Assembly: GCA_038064855.1 (NCBI GenBank)
Contig: JBBTSE010000002.1
Span: forward strand, 72,815 to 136,814
From: Patescibacteria group bacterium
GTDB taxonomy: Bacteria > Patescibacteriota > Minisyncoccia > Ryanbacterales > GWA2-47-10b
Reading direction: 5' to 3'
Length of the DNA: 64,000 nucleotides
Shown: piece by piece, positions 9,125-18,373 of the stretch
How positions within the stretch are numbered: the stretch's first letter is position 1
How the letters are laid out: every line of letters starts with the position of its first letter
Made by a program: the position numbers and the translations under genes
The notes under the pieces: generated by a model
What the model was told of the DNA's origin: nothing
Database searches by the model: none
Seen by the model: only the letters and a program-made list of their open reading frames with translations

Positions 9125-9505
9125 ATGGCACTCCTCCCCTTTTTAAAGAAAAAAGAAAAAATAGAAAAACATGATCACGAAGGTCATGACCATGATCACG
9201 CCGAGCAAAAACCTATGACGCGTTTTGAGGGTGTTGAGCGCGCGGTACTTATCGCTCCGCATGTTACCGAGCGCGCACGCCAGCTCTCTGAAGTCGGTCA
9301 GTATGTATTTCGTATTGCTACGACAGCCAACAAACAAGCAGTTCGTAAGGCAGTCGAGCGCGCGTACAAAGTGCATGTTACCGGTGTCCGTATTGTGACT
9401 GCGCATGAAAAACCACGCCGCCGTGGGTTGACGGTGGGTGTTAAAAGAGGGTATAAAAAGGCGGTGGTGGCACTCCGCAAAGGCGAGGCCATCGATATTT
9501 TTTAA
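9125..9505 (+). CDS. rplW: 50S ribosomal protein L23 (with a possible His/Asp-rich N-terminal extension; alternative start at 9215)
   Basis: The L23 core starts at MTRFEGVERAVLIAPHVTERA. The upstream in-frame ATG adds KKKEKIEKHDHEGHDHDHAEQKP. Confidence 0.85.
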   Translation: MALLPFLKKKEKIEKHDHEGHDHDHAEQKPMTRFEGVERAVLIAPHVTERARQLSEVGQYVFRIATTANKQAVRKAVERAYKVHVTGVRIVTAHEKPRRRGLTVGVKRGYKKAVVALRKGEAIDIF

Positions 9506-9511
9506 TTACTT

Positions 9512-10354
9512 ATGAAATCCTACGCACCTACAACTCCATCACGCAGGCACATGACTGGTATCAACTACCGGGAAGTTTTGACGCACGGTGCGAAGCCTGA
9601 AAAGAGTTTGACGCAGGGGCGTAAGCGCCATGTTGGCCGCAACAGCGCGGGCCGTATCACGGTGCGTCACAAGGGTGGTGGTCACAAGCGCGTCTATCGC
9701 ATTGTTTCTTTTGCGTATGACAAGCGCGACATTCCAGGCCGCGTCGCTTCTATTGAGTATGATCCAAACCGTACCGCATTTATCGCGCTCGTTATCTACC
9801 CTGACGGTGAGAAGCGCTATGTACTCGCTGGCCGCGAGATGAAGCAAGGGTCAACTATTTTGTATTCTGAAAAAGCTCCCGTAAAGCCGGGCAACGCGAC
9901 CGTGCTCTCACGCATGGTGCCGGGCACCTATGTGTACAATATCGAGTTCAAACCGGGTGGTGGCGGTCGCATGATTCGCTCAGCTGGATCGTCAGCCGAG
10001 GTTGTAGCGCAGGAAGGCCGTACCACGACTCTGAAAATGCCGTCAAAAGAAGTACGCAAGATATCTTCTGCGGTGTGGGGGACGGTTGGCGCGCTTTCAA
10101 ATGAAGAGCATATGTTTATCACAATCGGCAAGGCAGGCCGCTCGCGCTGGCTTGGTATTCGCCCGACTGTTCGTGGATCAGCTATGAATCCTGTCGATCA
10201 CCCGTACGGTGGTGGTGAAGGCGCACAACCGCAAGGTACGCGGCGTCCCAAGAACATGTGGGGTAAGGGTACGCGTGGTGTAAAAACTCGCAACAAGAAG
10301 AAGTACTCACAGCAGTTTATTATCAAGCGTCGTCCAACCAAGCAAAACGGTTAA
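9512..10354 (+). CDS. rplB: 50S ribosomal protein L2
   Basis: 280 aa. GRNSAGRITVRHKGGGHKR and MNPVDHPYGGGEG are L2 signatures. Confidence 0.97.
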   Translation: MKSYAPTTPSRRHMTGINYREVLTHGAKPEKSLTQGRKRHVGRNSAGRITVRHKGGGHKRVYRIVSFAYDKRDIPGRVASIEYDPNRTAFIALVIYPDGEKRYVLAGREMKQGSTILYSEKAPVKPGNATVLSRMVPGTYVYNIEFKPGGGGRMIRSAGSSAEVVAQEGRTTTLKMPSKEVRKISSAVWGTVGALSNEEHMFITIGKAGRSRWLGIRPTVRGSAMNPVDHPYGGGEGAQPQGTRRPKNMWGKGTRGVKTRNKKKYSQQFIIKRRPTKQNG

Positions 10355-10363
10355 TCTGAAATT

Positions 10364-10705
10364 ATGTCACGATCACTCAAAAAAGGACCCTATATCGACG
10401 CAAAACTTTTGGCCAAGGTCAAAAAACTTCCCGCGAACGCAAAGGCGACGGTTATTAAAACTTGGGCGCGTTCTTCTCAAATCTCTCCTGAGATGATTGG
10501 GAATACATTTGGCGTACATAACGGCAAAGATTTTATCAATGTCACGATTGCCGAAGAAATGGTCGGGCACCGCTTGGGTGAGTTTAGTCCTACACGCAAG
10601 TTTACCCGCCATGGCGGTAAGATGCAGAAAGAAATCGAAGCGGCAGCAAAGGTCAAAGAGCAAGATGCCGCAAAAGCTGTCAAAGCTGGTACCGCTACTA
10701 AATAA
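10364..10705 (+). CDS. rpsS: 30S ribosomal protein S19 (with a C-terminal Ala/Lys-rich tail)
   Basis: [16 protein letters not shown]...HNGKDFINV...[13 protein letters not shown] is an S19 signature. Confidence 0.93.
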   Translation: MSRSLKKGPYIDAKLLAKVKKLPANAKATVIKTWARSSQISPEMIGNTFGVHNGKDFINVTIAEEMVGHRLGEFSPTRKFTRHGGKMQKEIEAAAKVKEQDAAKAVKAGTATK

Positions 10706-10710
10706 TATAT

Positions 10711-11073
10711 ATGACCAAAGTTCACGCATATCTCAATTCGCTCCGCATCGCACCCCGCAAGGTGCGCTTGGTTACTGATATGGTCAAAGGTATGGATGTG
10801 CGTGTAGCCGAGGTACAACTCCGCTCGCTTCCAAAGCGCGGCGCCGAGCCGATTTTAAAATTGATCCGCAGTGCCGTTGCCAACGCTCGCCACAATGCCA
10901 AGGTTGCCGAGGCGATTCCGCTCGTCATCACTGATTTTCGTGTGGATGAAGGTCGTACGCTCAAGCGCTCGATGCCACGCGCGCGTGGACGAGCGTTTCC
11001 TATCCGCAAGCGCACGAGTCATATTTCATTAACTCTTGAAGCTCAAGAGCCAATGTCAGGAGGTAAAAAATAA
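10711..11073 (+). CDS. rplV: 50S ribosomal protein L22
   Basis: L22 position and pattern (LRIAPRKVRLVTDMVKGMDV...RAFPIRKRTSHI). Confidence 0.9.
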   Translation: MTKVHAYLNSLRIAPRKVRLVTDMVKGMDVRVAEVQLRSLPKRGAEPILKLIRSAVANARHNAKVAEAIPLVITDFRVDEGRTLKRSMPRARGRAFPIRKRTSHISLTLEAQEPMSGGKK

Positions 11074-11074
11074 T

Positions 11075-11734
11075 ATGGGACATTCAGTACATCCATACGC
11101 ACATAGAGTTGGGATCCTTCGTGACTGGCGCTCACGCTGGTTTAACACGAAACAATACACTACTTTTTTGAAAGAAGATGTCACACTTCGCGAATGGTTG
11201 ATGAAAAAACTTCGTGTGCAGATGATTTCTGGTATTGAGATCGAGCGCTCACGCAACGCCATGCAAGTGATTATCCGCACACCCCGCCCCGGTCTTTTGA
11301 TCGGTCGTGGCGGTGAGGGGATTGAGCGTCTCAAAAAAGATATTCACAAAAAGTTTGCCATTAAAGATTTTCGCATCACGATTGAGGAAGTTCGTAATCC
11401 ATTTGGTGACGCCGCATCGGTTGCGCGTCTGGTAGCACAAGACCTCGAAAAACGCCTACCGTTTCGTCGCACACTCAAGATAAACATCCAAAAGGTGATG
11501 ACCTCGGGCGCGGCCAAGGGTATTCGTATCCAAGTCTCGGGCCGTCTTGATGGCTCAGAGATGGGTCGCGTCGAATGGCTTCGTGACGGATCGATTCCGT
11601 TGCAGACCATGCGTGCCGATGTAGAATTTGCCAGAGAGCGTGCCATATTGCCATATGGTACCGTCGGCATCAAAGTTTGGCTGTATAAAGGCGAGGTATT
11701 TGCCGATGATAAGAAAGGACGCAAGGAGAAATAA
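11075..11734 (+). CDS. rpsC: 30S ribosomal protein S3
   Basis: MGHSVHPYAHRVGILRDW... is the S3 N-terminus. GGAGG lies upstream. The start is chosen at the internal ATG of the ORF 11036..11734. Confidence 0.93.
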   Translation: MGHSVHPYAHRVGILRDWRSRWFNTKQYTTFLKEDVTLREWLMKKLRVQMISGIEIERSRNAMQVIIRTPRPGLLIGRGGEGIERLKKDIHKKFAIKDFRITIEEVRNPFGDAASVARLVAQDLEKRLPFRRTLKINIQKVMTSGAAKGIRIQVSGRLDGSEMGRVEWLRDGSIPLQTMRADVEFARERAILPYGTVGIKVWLYKGEVFADDKKGRKEK

Positions 11735-11736
11735 TT

Positions 11737-12150
11737 ATGTTAGTCCCAAAAAAGGTCAAGCATCGCAAATGGCAAAAGGGGCGCTCTCGCAAGCGCATTG
11801 TTGAGACGCGTGGCGTTAAAGTGTCTTTTGGTCAATACGGTCTCAAGGCTGACAGCGCTGCGTGGGTTAACTCGCGCCAGATCGAAGCAGCTCGCAAGGT
11901 CCTTACGCGTTGTATGCAAAAGACTGGCAAGCTCTGGATCCGCATTTTCCCTGACAAGCCAATCACGCGTCGCCCTCCGGAAGTAACTATGGGTGGCGGT
12001 AAGGGTGCGCCTGACCACTATGTGTTTCCTGTGCGTCCCGGTCGCGTACTCTTTGAGGTAGACGGCATGACCCAAGAGGCGGCACGCGAGGCGATGCGCA
12101 AGGCAGGCGCCAAATTACCCGTCAAAACCAAGTTTGTAATCCGCGGGTAA
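11737..12150 (+). CDS. rplP: 50S ribosomal protein L16
   Basis: MLVPKKVKHRKWQKGR... is the L16 N-terminus. Confidence 0.95.
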   Translation: MLVPKKVKHRKWQKGRSRKRIVETRGVKVSFGQYGLKADSAAWVNSRQIEAARKVLTRCMQKTGKLWIRIFPDKPITRRPPEVTMGGGKGAPDHYVFPVRPGRVLFEVDGMTQEAAREAMRKAGAKLPVKTKFVIRG

Positions 12151-12160
12151 GGAGATATAT

Positions 12161-12349
12161 ATGAAAGCAAAAGAATTACGAACAAAGACTGATACTGAAC
12201 TCCTCGATATTTTGAAGACAACCAATCAAAAGATCGCCGAGTCCACTTTTCACCACCTCCGCGCGCGTTCCAAGAATGTCAAAGAGGTGCGTGAATTAAA
12301 GCGAGAACGCGCACGCATTCTCACACTTATGGGAGAGAAAAAATCATGA
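12161..12349 (+). CDS. rpmC: 50S ribosomal protein L29
   Basis: MKAKELRTKTDTELLDIL... is the L29 pattern, in the conserved position. Confidence 0.9.
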   Translation: MKAKELRTKTDTELLDILKTTNQKIAESTFHHLRARSKNVKEVRELKRERARILTLMGEKKS

Positions 12350-12591
12350 TTACCAAACACATCCAAAAATTAAAAGGTACGGTAGTCTCGGCCAAAATGC
12401 AAAAGACCGTGGTTGTTGAGGTTGCGCGTTTGAAAAAACACCCCAAATATCATAAGTTTATGCGTGTCTCAAAGCGCTATAAGGCGCATATTGAGGACAA
12501 CTCTTTGAAAGAAGGGGACAAGGTCATCTTAATGCCGATTCCTCGTATGTCGCGCGACAAGCGCTGGACAGCGGTAAAGCAAACCACATAA
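12346..12591 (+). CDS. rpsQ: 30S ribosomal protein S17
   Basis: GTVVSAKMQKTVVVEV...HPKYHKF..SKRYKAHIEDN is the S17 pattern. 4-nt overlap with rpmC. Confidence 0.92.
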   Translation: MITKHIQKLKGTVVSAKMQKTVVVEVARLKKHPKYHKFMRVSKRYKAHIEDNSLKEGDKVILMPIPRMSRDKRWTAVKQTT

Positions 12592-12600
12592 GGAGATTCT

Positions 12601-12969
12601 ATGGTACAACCACGATCACTATTGGTAGTAGCAGATAATACGGGTGCACGCATCATCCGTGTATTTAAGGTGCTCGGTGGTACTCGCAAGCGCTATGCGC
12701 GCATCGGCGACATTGTGGTTGCATCAGTACAGATAGCCGAACCCCGCAAACTTCTCAAGAAAAAAGAAATCGTTCGCGCGGTCATCGTGCGCCAACGCGC
12801 ACCATTACGCCGCAAAGACGGCTCGTACATCCGTTTTGATGACAACGCGGCGGTGGTGATTGACGCAAAGGGCGAGCCACGAGGCGGTCGTATTTTTGGT
12901 CCTATCGCGCGCGAGTTGCGTGACCTCGGATACACCAAGATTATTTCACTTGCGGAGGAGGTACTCTAA
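12601..12969 (+). CDS. rplN: 50S ribosomal protein L14
   Basis: [21 protein letters not shown]...GDIVVASV is the L14 signature. Confidence 0.95.
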   Translation: MVQPRSLLVVADNTGARIIRVFKVLGGTRKRYARIGDIVVASVQIAEPRKLLKKKEIVRAVIVRQRAPLRRKDGSYIRFDDNAAVVIDAKGEPRGGRIFGPIARELRDLGYTKIISLAEEVL

Positions 12970-12973
12970 ACAT

Positions 12974-13291
12974 ATGAACACGCTCAAACTCAAAAAAGGC
13001 GATACTGTCGTCGTCATGAAAGGGAAGGACCATGGTAAAAAAGGCAAGATCCTTCGTACCTTTCCCGATCTCGAAAAAGTAGTTGTCGAAGGTGTCAACG
13101 AAAAGATGCGTCATACACGCGCCAAGCGTGGCGGGCAGAAAGGTCAGCGCGTAAAAGTCATCCATCCTGTGTGGGCGGCCAATGTACAAGTACTTTGTCC
13201 CGCATGTAGCAAGGTAACGCGCGTAGGTTTTGAATTACACGAAGGCGTAAAGTCGCGTGTATGCAAGAAATGTAAGGCAAGTCTTTCATAG
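12974..13291 (+). CDS. rplX: 50S ribosomal protein L24 (KOW domain plus C-terminal CxxC...CxxC zinc-ribbon-like tail)
   Basis: MNTLKLKKGDTVVVMKGKDHGKKGKIL is L24. The C-terminal CPACSKV...CKKC looks like a zinc ribbon. Start taken at the internal ATG. Confidence 0.9.
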   Translation: MNTLKLKKGDTVVVMKGKDHGKKGKILRTFPDLEKVVVEGVNEKMRHTRAKRGGQKGQRVKVIHPVWAANVQVLCPACSKVTRVGFELHEGVKSRVCKKCKASLS

Positions 13292-13299
13292 GAGATTAT

Positions 13300-13839
13300 A
13301 TGAAACGAATTTCAGAAATATACAAAGAAAAAGCAATCGCGGCATTCCAAAAGGAACATGGCGTTAAGAGCGTATTTGCCGTTCCCCGTATTCTTAAAGT
13401 GATCGTAAATGCCGGTGTAGGGCGACTCAAAGATGACAAAGAGCGCGAAGACATGGCGCGTTTCTTGGAAATAGTGACCGGCCAGAAACCGCAAAAGCGT
13501 CCTGCACGCATTGCTATCGCATCATTCAAGACGCGCGTCGGCTCGCTGGTGGGCTATCGCGTGACACTGCGTGGCAAACGCATGAATGATTTTCTTGACC
13601 GTTTTGTAGGCTCAGCGATTCCTCGTATGCGCGACTTTCGCGGTATCCCGCTCTCATGTGTAGACGAGCATGGCAACTTGCATGTGGGTATTCGCGAGCA
13701 CATCATTTTCCCTGAGATGATCGGTGAGGATGTGCGCCGTATCTACAGCATTCAGGTATCAGTGGTGACCAATGCAGGGTCGAAGCAAAAAGCTGAAACT
13801 CTCTTTCGTTTACTCGGGTTCCCGCTTGCTAAAAAGTAA
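13300..13839 (+). CDS. rplE: 50S ribosomal protein L5
   Basis: L5 pattern (NVMEVPRILKV-like: [16 protein letters not shown]...) at the conserved position. Confidence 0.93.
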   Translation: MKRISEIYKEKAIAAFQKEHGVKSVFAVPRILKVIVNAGVGRLKDDKEREDMARFLEIVTGQKPQKRPARIAIASFKTRVGSLVGYRVTLRGKRMNDFLDRFVGSAIPRMRDFRGIPLSCVDEHGNLHVGIREHIIFPEMIGEDVRRIYSIQVSVVTNAGSKQKAETLFRLLGFPLAKK

Positions 13840-13867
13840 TTTTTTCAGTATACTAGAGCGACCTTAT

Positions 13868-14053
13868 ATGGCAAAAACATCAGTGCGCGTACGCGCAACA
13901 CGCAAACCAAAGTTCTCGACGCGACTCGTTCGCCGATGCTTTCGTTGCGGCCGCAAGCGCGGCTATATGCGTGATTTCGATCTTTGCCGTATTTGTTTCC
14001 GCGAACTTGCCAACGAAGGCATGCTACCCGGTATTAAAAAATCATCATGGTAA
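13868..14053 (+). CDS. rpsZ: 30S ribosomal protein S14 type Z (zinc-binding)
   Basis: MAKTSVRV...[26 protein letters not shown] is the 61-aa Zn-ribbon form of S14. Confidence 0.92.
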   Translation: MAKTSVRVRATRKPKFSTRLVRRCFRCGRKRGYMRDFDLCRICFRELANEGMLPGIKKSSW

Positions 14054-14442
14054 GAGATCCACTTTCAGACTTTTTGGTACGCGTGGCAAACGCGCAAGCC
14101 GTTGGCAAAGAATCAACGCTTGTTCCGTATTCAAAATTTTTGTGGGAGGTCTCAAAAATTCTCGAGCAATCTTTCTATATTAAAAAGATCGACCGAAGAG
14201 GCAAGCGCGCAAAGCGTTTTATCGAAGTAACTTTGGCATACAATCCAGAAGGTGAGGGTCGCATTGATGGCATGCGCCGTATCTCAAAGCTCTCACGCCG
14301 TGTGTATCGTGGTGCCGGCGAGATCCATTCGATTAAACACGGGTATGGTGCACAAATTATCTCAACCTCAAAAGGGTTGATGACTGACAAAGAGGCGCGT
14401 AAGGCTCGTGTCGGTGGCGAAGTATTATTTGAAGTTTGGTAA
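14047..14442 (+). CDS. rpsH: 30S ribosomal protein S8
   Basis: [21 protein letters not shown]... is the S8 N-terminus. Confidence 0.93.
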   Translation: MVRDPLSDFLVRVANAQAVGKESTLVPYSKFLWEVSKILEQSFYIKKIDRRGKRAKRFIEVTLAYNPEGEGRIDGMRRISKLSRRVYRGAGEIHSIKHGYGAQIISTSKGLMTDKEARKARVGGEVLFEVW

Positions 14443-14447
14443 CTATT

Positions 14448-14990
14448 ATGAGTCGTATCGGCAAACAACCCGTAGTACTTCCTGAAGGTGTGACCATCGC
14501 GGTCAGCGCTGGTTTTGTGGAAGTCAAAGGACCCAAGGGTGCGCTCGGGCGCGCACTTCCTTTTGATATTGGTGTCACCGAAGAAAACAAAATCGTGACG
14601 GTCTCGCCATTGCACCAAACGCGCGACGCGCTCAAGCTCTGGGGTACGATGCGCGCGCATATCGCCAATATGGTAAAAGGTGTGACGGTCGGTTACGATA
14701 TCAAGCTTGAGATTGAAGGTGTAGGATATCGCGCGACGCAAAAAGGTAAAGATGTAGAATTAGCTCTCGGGTTTTCCCACCCCGTTCTTTTTCCGGCACC
14801 AGACGGCGTTGATCTCAAAGTTGAGAAAAACACCATTTTGGTGTCAGGTATTTCAAAGGACGCAGTAGGAAAGGCCGCAGCAGAGATTCGTGCGCTCAAG
14901 AAGCCGGAGCCTTATAAGGGCAAAGGCATTCGCTACGCGGGCGAAGTCGTGCGCAGAAAAGCGGGTAAGAAGGCATCGACAGGTGCATAA
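14448..14990 (+). CDS. rplF: 50S ribosomal protein L6
   Basis: MSRIGKQPVVLPEGVTIAV... is the L6 N-terminus. Confidence 0.93.
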   Translation: MSRIGKQPVVLPEGVTIAVSAGFVEVKGPKGALGRALPFDIGVTEENKIVTVSPLHQTRDALKLWGTMRAHIANMVKGVTVGYDIKLEIEGVGYRATQKGKDVELALGFSHPVLFPAPDGVDLKVEKNTILVSGISKDAVGKAAAEIRALKKPEPYKGKGIRYAGEVVRRKAGKKASTGA

Positions 14991-14993
14991 TCT

Positions 14994-15341
14994 ATGAAAC
15001 AGACACCCAAACAACGCATTGCCAATCGCCACCGCCGCGTACGCGCGAAGGTATCAGGAACTGACGCTCGTCCGCGCCTTGCTCTTTCTCGTTCTTCTCG
15101 CTATCTTCAGGTGCAGATCATCGACGACAAAAAAGGTCAGACGCTCGTCGGTCTTTCTGACATGGCGATGAAGATCAAAGGCACCAAGCAGGATCGCGCA
15201 AAAGCTCTCGGTAAACTTATGGCAGAGAAGGCCAAGGTCAAGGGTATTTCCAAAGTAGTATTTGATCGCGGAGGTTATCAGTATCATGGGCGTGTTCGCG
15301 CGTTTGCCGAAGCGGCTCGCGCGGGAGGATTAGAATTTTAA
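14994..15341 (+). CDS. rplR: 50S ribosomal protein L18
   Basis: RVRAKVSGTDARPRL...YHGRVRAFAEAARAGGLEF is the L18 pattern. Confidence 0.92.
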   Translation: MKQTPKQRIANRHRRVRAKVSGTDARPRLALSRSSRYLQVQIIDDKKGQTLVGLSDMAMKIKGTKQDRAKALGKLMAEKAKVKGISKVVFDRGGYQYHGRVRAFAEAARAGGLEF

Positions 15342-15345
15342 TTAT

Positions 15346-15873
15346 ATGTCACCACAACCACAACAACGGTCCGGAGGACGACCACCAAACCGACCACGCC
15401 GAGAGCGTCCCGTAGAAGAGGGGCATCATCGCCTTATCGATCTTCGTCGTGTAGCGCGTGTTATGAAAGGCGGTCGCCGCTTTAGTTTTCGCGCGACTGT
15501 TGTCTACGGTGATAAGCTCGGTCGCGTAGGCGTCGGTGTTGCCAAAGGCAACGATACGGCGAAATCAATCGAGAAGGCACTTCGCGTCGCTCGCGCATCG
15601 GTTATTGTCGTACCAATCACCAAATCAAAATCAATTCCATACGAGGTGGAGGCAAAGCTTGGTGCGACGCGGTTGCTTCTCAAACCTGCACGAGAGGGTC
15701 GCGGGTTGGTAGCAGGCGGCCCTATCCGGACGGTGCTTGATTTTGCCGGTATTGAGAATGCGAGCGCGAAACTGTTGTCGCGCACGACCAATAAGCTTAA
15801 CAATGCGCGAGCTGCCATTTTGGCACTCAAACAATTACGACCATATGCAATTACACAGCGTAAAAACGGCTAA
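15346..15873 (+). CDS. rpsE: 30S ribosomal protein S5
   Basis: RVARVMKGGRRFSFRATVVYGDKLGRVGVGVAKG is the S5 signature. Confidence 0.93.
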   Translation: MSPQPQQRSGGRPPNRPRRERPVEEGHHRLIDLRRVARVMKGGRRFSFRATVVYGDKLGRVGVGVAKGNDTAKSIEKALRVARASVIVVPITKSKSIPYEVEAKLGATRLLLKPAREGRGLVAGGPIRTVLDFAGIENASAKLLSRTTNKLNNARAAILALKQLRPYAITQRKNG

Positions 15874-16243
15874 CCCCCGTAAAAAAGCAGTACGCATCGG
15901 ACGCGGCGGTAAGCGCGGTAGTTTTTCCGGCCGTGGTATCAAGGGTCAGAAAGCGCGCGCTGGTCGCCGCATTCGCCCTGAGATGCGCGATGTCATCATG
16001 AAGATTCCAAAGCGCCGAGGTCACGCCGTGTACTTTATCCCGCGCATGCGGATCTCTATCAAACTTTCAGCTATCGCAAAGAAGTTTGGCAAGGGCGAGA
16101 CTATCACTCCCAAAGAGCTCTACAAAAGAGATCTTATCAAGCGCATAGGTGGCAAGATTCCCGCTATCAAAATCGTAGGCCCTGGTACTATTTCAGCGTT
16201 CACAATTAAAGGCTGCGAAATATCAGCTAATCTTCAAAAATAA
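15845..16243 (+). CDS. rplO: 50S ribosomal protein L15 (no L30 gene between rpsE and rplO)
   Basis: MQLHSVKTANPRKKAVRIGRGGKRGSFSGRGIKGQKARAG is the L15 N-terminus. It overlaps the rpsE end by ~29 nt. rpmD is absent. Confidence 0.88.
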   Translation: MQLHSVKTANPRKKAVRIGRGGKRGSFSGRGIKGQKARAGRRIRPEMRDVIMKIPKRRGHAVYFIPRMRISIKLSAIAKKFGKGETITPKELYKRDLIKRIGGKIPAIKIVGPGTISAFTIKGCEISANLQK

Positions 16244-16245
16244 CT

Positions 16246-17505
16246 ATGGCAAATATGTGGCAGGCACTCAAAGACAAGGATTTACGCAGACGCATCCTCG
16301 TCGTGCTCGGATTTTTGGCTTTCTTTCGCTTTCTCGCCATTATTCCTATACCAGCTTTTGATCCACGGATTCGACGCGACCTCTCTGATAGTAACTTTTT
16401 AGGTCTTCTCAATATTTTTTCCGGAGGCGCACTCGACAATGTCTCGATTGTGATGCTTGGCGTCGGGCCCTATATCACCGCGTCTATCATCATGCAGCTT
16501 TTCACTATGATCTTTCCTTCACTCAAAGAGATGTATCAAGAAGACGGGGAGGCAGGCCGCAAAAGGTTCAATCAGTATTCGCGCCTGCTTGCGGTTCCTC
16601 TCGCGTTTCTCCAAGGATACGCGCTTTTGGCGCTTTTGGTACAGCAAAATCAGATTGGTCAGCTGGGTGGTTTTGATTTGTTTACCAATTTGATAGTGGT
16701 TACCGGAGGCGCAATCTTTCTTATGTGGATTGGCGAGGTGGTATCCGAATATGGCATCGGCAACGGTATCTCACTTTTGATTTTTGCTGGTATCGTAGCA
16801 GGCGTCCCCTCGAGTATTGGGCAGACACTTTTTGCCTATGATGCTTCACAATTACCGACTATCCTCGCGTTTTTGATTGCAGCACCCCTCATCATCGCGG
16901 GCACTGTTATCATTACCGAGGCAGAACGACCGATCCCAATCTCGTATACCAAGCGTGTGCGCGGCATGAAGATGTATGGTGGTGTTTCGACCTATCTTCC
17001 ACTTCGTGTAAACCAAGCTGGCGTAATTCCAATCATTTTCGCGATCTCGATTTTACTTTTCCCGTCACTCATCGGTCAGATGTTTGCATCGTCAAAATAT
17101 CCGGCGATCGCGAGTGCGGGAGCCACAATCTTGAACATTGCAAGCAATCAATGGATTTATGGGGGCGTGTATTTCTTGCTGGTATTTTTGTTTACTTACT
17201 TCTATACATCGGTGACATTTGATCCTGACGCCATTTCTTCAAACTTGCAAAAACAAGGCGGGTTCATTCCCGGCATTCGTCCTGGTCCTTCAACCTCTGA
17301 CTACCTTCGCAAACTCATTACACGCATCACGCTTGTCGGCGCACTTTTCTTGGGCGCTATCGCGGTTTTGCCGCTCGCCATGCAAACGATCACCGGTACG
17401 CAAGCGCTCGCTCTTGGTGGTACCGCGCTCCTCATCGTAGTCTCGGTGGTTATTGAAACCATCAAGCAAGTGCGCGCGCAGATGACTCTTCGAGAATACG
17501 ACTAG
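16246..17505 (+). CDS. secY: Preprotein translocase subunit SecY
   Basis: 419 aa with 10 TM helices, LGVGPYITASIIMQL and other SecY motifs. Confidence 0.95.
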   Translation: MANMWQALKDKDLRRRILVVLGFLAFFRFLAIIPIPAFDPRIRRDLSDSNFLGLLNIFSGGALDNVSIVMLGVGPYITASIIMQLFTMIFPSLKEMYQEDGEAGRKRFNQYSRLLAVPLAFLQGYALLALLVQQNQIGQLGGFDLFTNLIVVTGGAIFLMWIGEVVSEYGIGNGISLLIFAGIVAGVPSSIGQTLFAYDASQLPTILAFLIAAPLIIAGTVIITEAERPIPISYTKRVRGMKMYGGVSTYLPLRVNQAGVIPIIFAISILLFPSLIGQMFASSKYPAIASAGATILNIASNQWIYGGVYFLLVFLFTYFYTSVTFDPDAISSNLQKQGGFIPGIRPGPSTSDYLRKLITRITLVGALFLGAIAVLPLAMQTITGTQALALGGTALLIVVSVVIETIKQVRAQMTLREYD

Positions 17506-17567
17506 ATGCCGTTAAAAACGAGTTCCCATCATTAGTAGAATTCGTTTTTTAAGGGTACTATTGTGAT

Positions 17568-17840
17568 ATGAGTAAAGGTGCGGAGCGGGCAATCTTGTTA
17601 AGTATAGGCATTCTTGCAACCCTCAGCGTTTCTTTTTGGATGGGGTTGTTCGCTAGTATCATCCCGATTGGCACTTCTTTCGGAATATACTTTGCAAGTA
17701 AGGCGTCTCAGTCAAAAGAAAATCCTCAACGAATAAAATATATCGTGCTATTTATTCTTTCCTTGTTATTCATGGTATTGGGCGTAGTGTTCATTGATAT
17801 GTATATTGATACTAATTTTTTAGGACGCAACTTCCCTTGA
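17568..17840 (+). CDS. Hypothetical small membrane protein
   Basis: Three hydrophobic helices and no family match. Confidence 0.4.
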   Translation: MSKGAERAILLSIGILATLSVSFWMGLFASIIPIGTSFGIYFASKASQSKENPQRIKYIVLFILSLLFMVLGVVFIDMYIDTNFLGRNFP

Positions 17841-17864
17841 CAAAAGATTATCTTAAGATAAACT

Positions 17865-18113
17865 TTGTGTATGAAAACAAATATTGTGGGGTTTAAGGAG
17901 TTACGAGAAGATGCTGATAAATACATCGCTCAAGTTCAAAAGGGGCGATCTTTTGTGGTAGTTCGCCGCTCAAAGCCTATTTTTAAAATGGTTCCTGTTG
18001 ATGAATGGGGCGATGAAGGTGTGTGGGAGACAGTCGCTGATTTCCGCACGCTTCATCCAAAAGGCGTTCCCGCAACCGATGTATTGAGAGTGTTGAAGAA
18101 GCTTCGTGGATAA
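17865..18113 (+). CDS. Putative type II antitoxin (Phd/YefM-like)
   Basis: ELREDADKYIAQVQKGRSFVVVRRSKPIFKMVPVDEW resembles the Phd/YefM pattern (EL...GEPVVITRRGKPVAVLVS). It overlaps the downstream RelE-like gene by 8 nt. Confidence 0.5.
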   Translation: MCMKTNIVGFKELREDADKYIAQVQKGRSFVVVRRSKPIFKMVPVDEWGDEGVWETVADFRTLHPKGVPATDVLRVLKKLRG

Positions 18114-18345
18114 GATTGAAAAGTTTCTACGAAAACTTTCCCAAAAAGAGCGGGAAGTTGTCAATCATATCATCGAAAAAGTGTTATCAAACGATACTCG
18201 TGATCTTGATGTAAAGAAACTGAAAGATGAATACAAGCTTTTTCGTGTACGAAAGGGAAATATCCGTATAGTATTTTTTCAAGACGATTCCGTCACGCGC
18301 ATCGTGTATATTAGGCGTCGTGGCGAGAAGACCTACAATTTGTGA
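18106..18345 (+). CDS. RelE/ParE-family toxin (GTG start)
   Basis: ...YKLFRVRKGNIRIVFFQDDSVTRIVYIRRRGEKTY matches the RelE core (yrlRvGdyRiiY...il.i.hRkd.Y). Confidence 0.6.
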   Translation: MDKIEKFLRKLSQKEREVVNHIIEKVLSNDTRDLDVKKLKDEYKLFRVRKGNIRIVFFQDDSVTRIVYIRRRGEKTYNL

Positions 18346-18373
18346 AAATACGAGAGCATGCAATACTAGAGGC

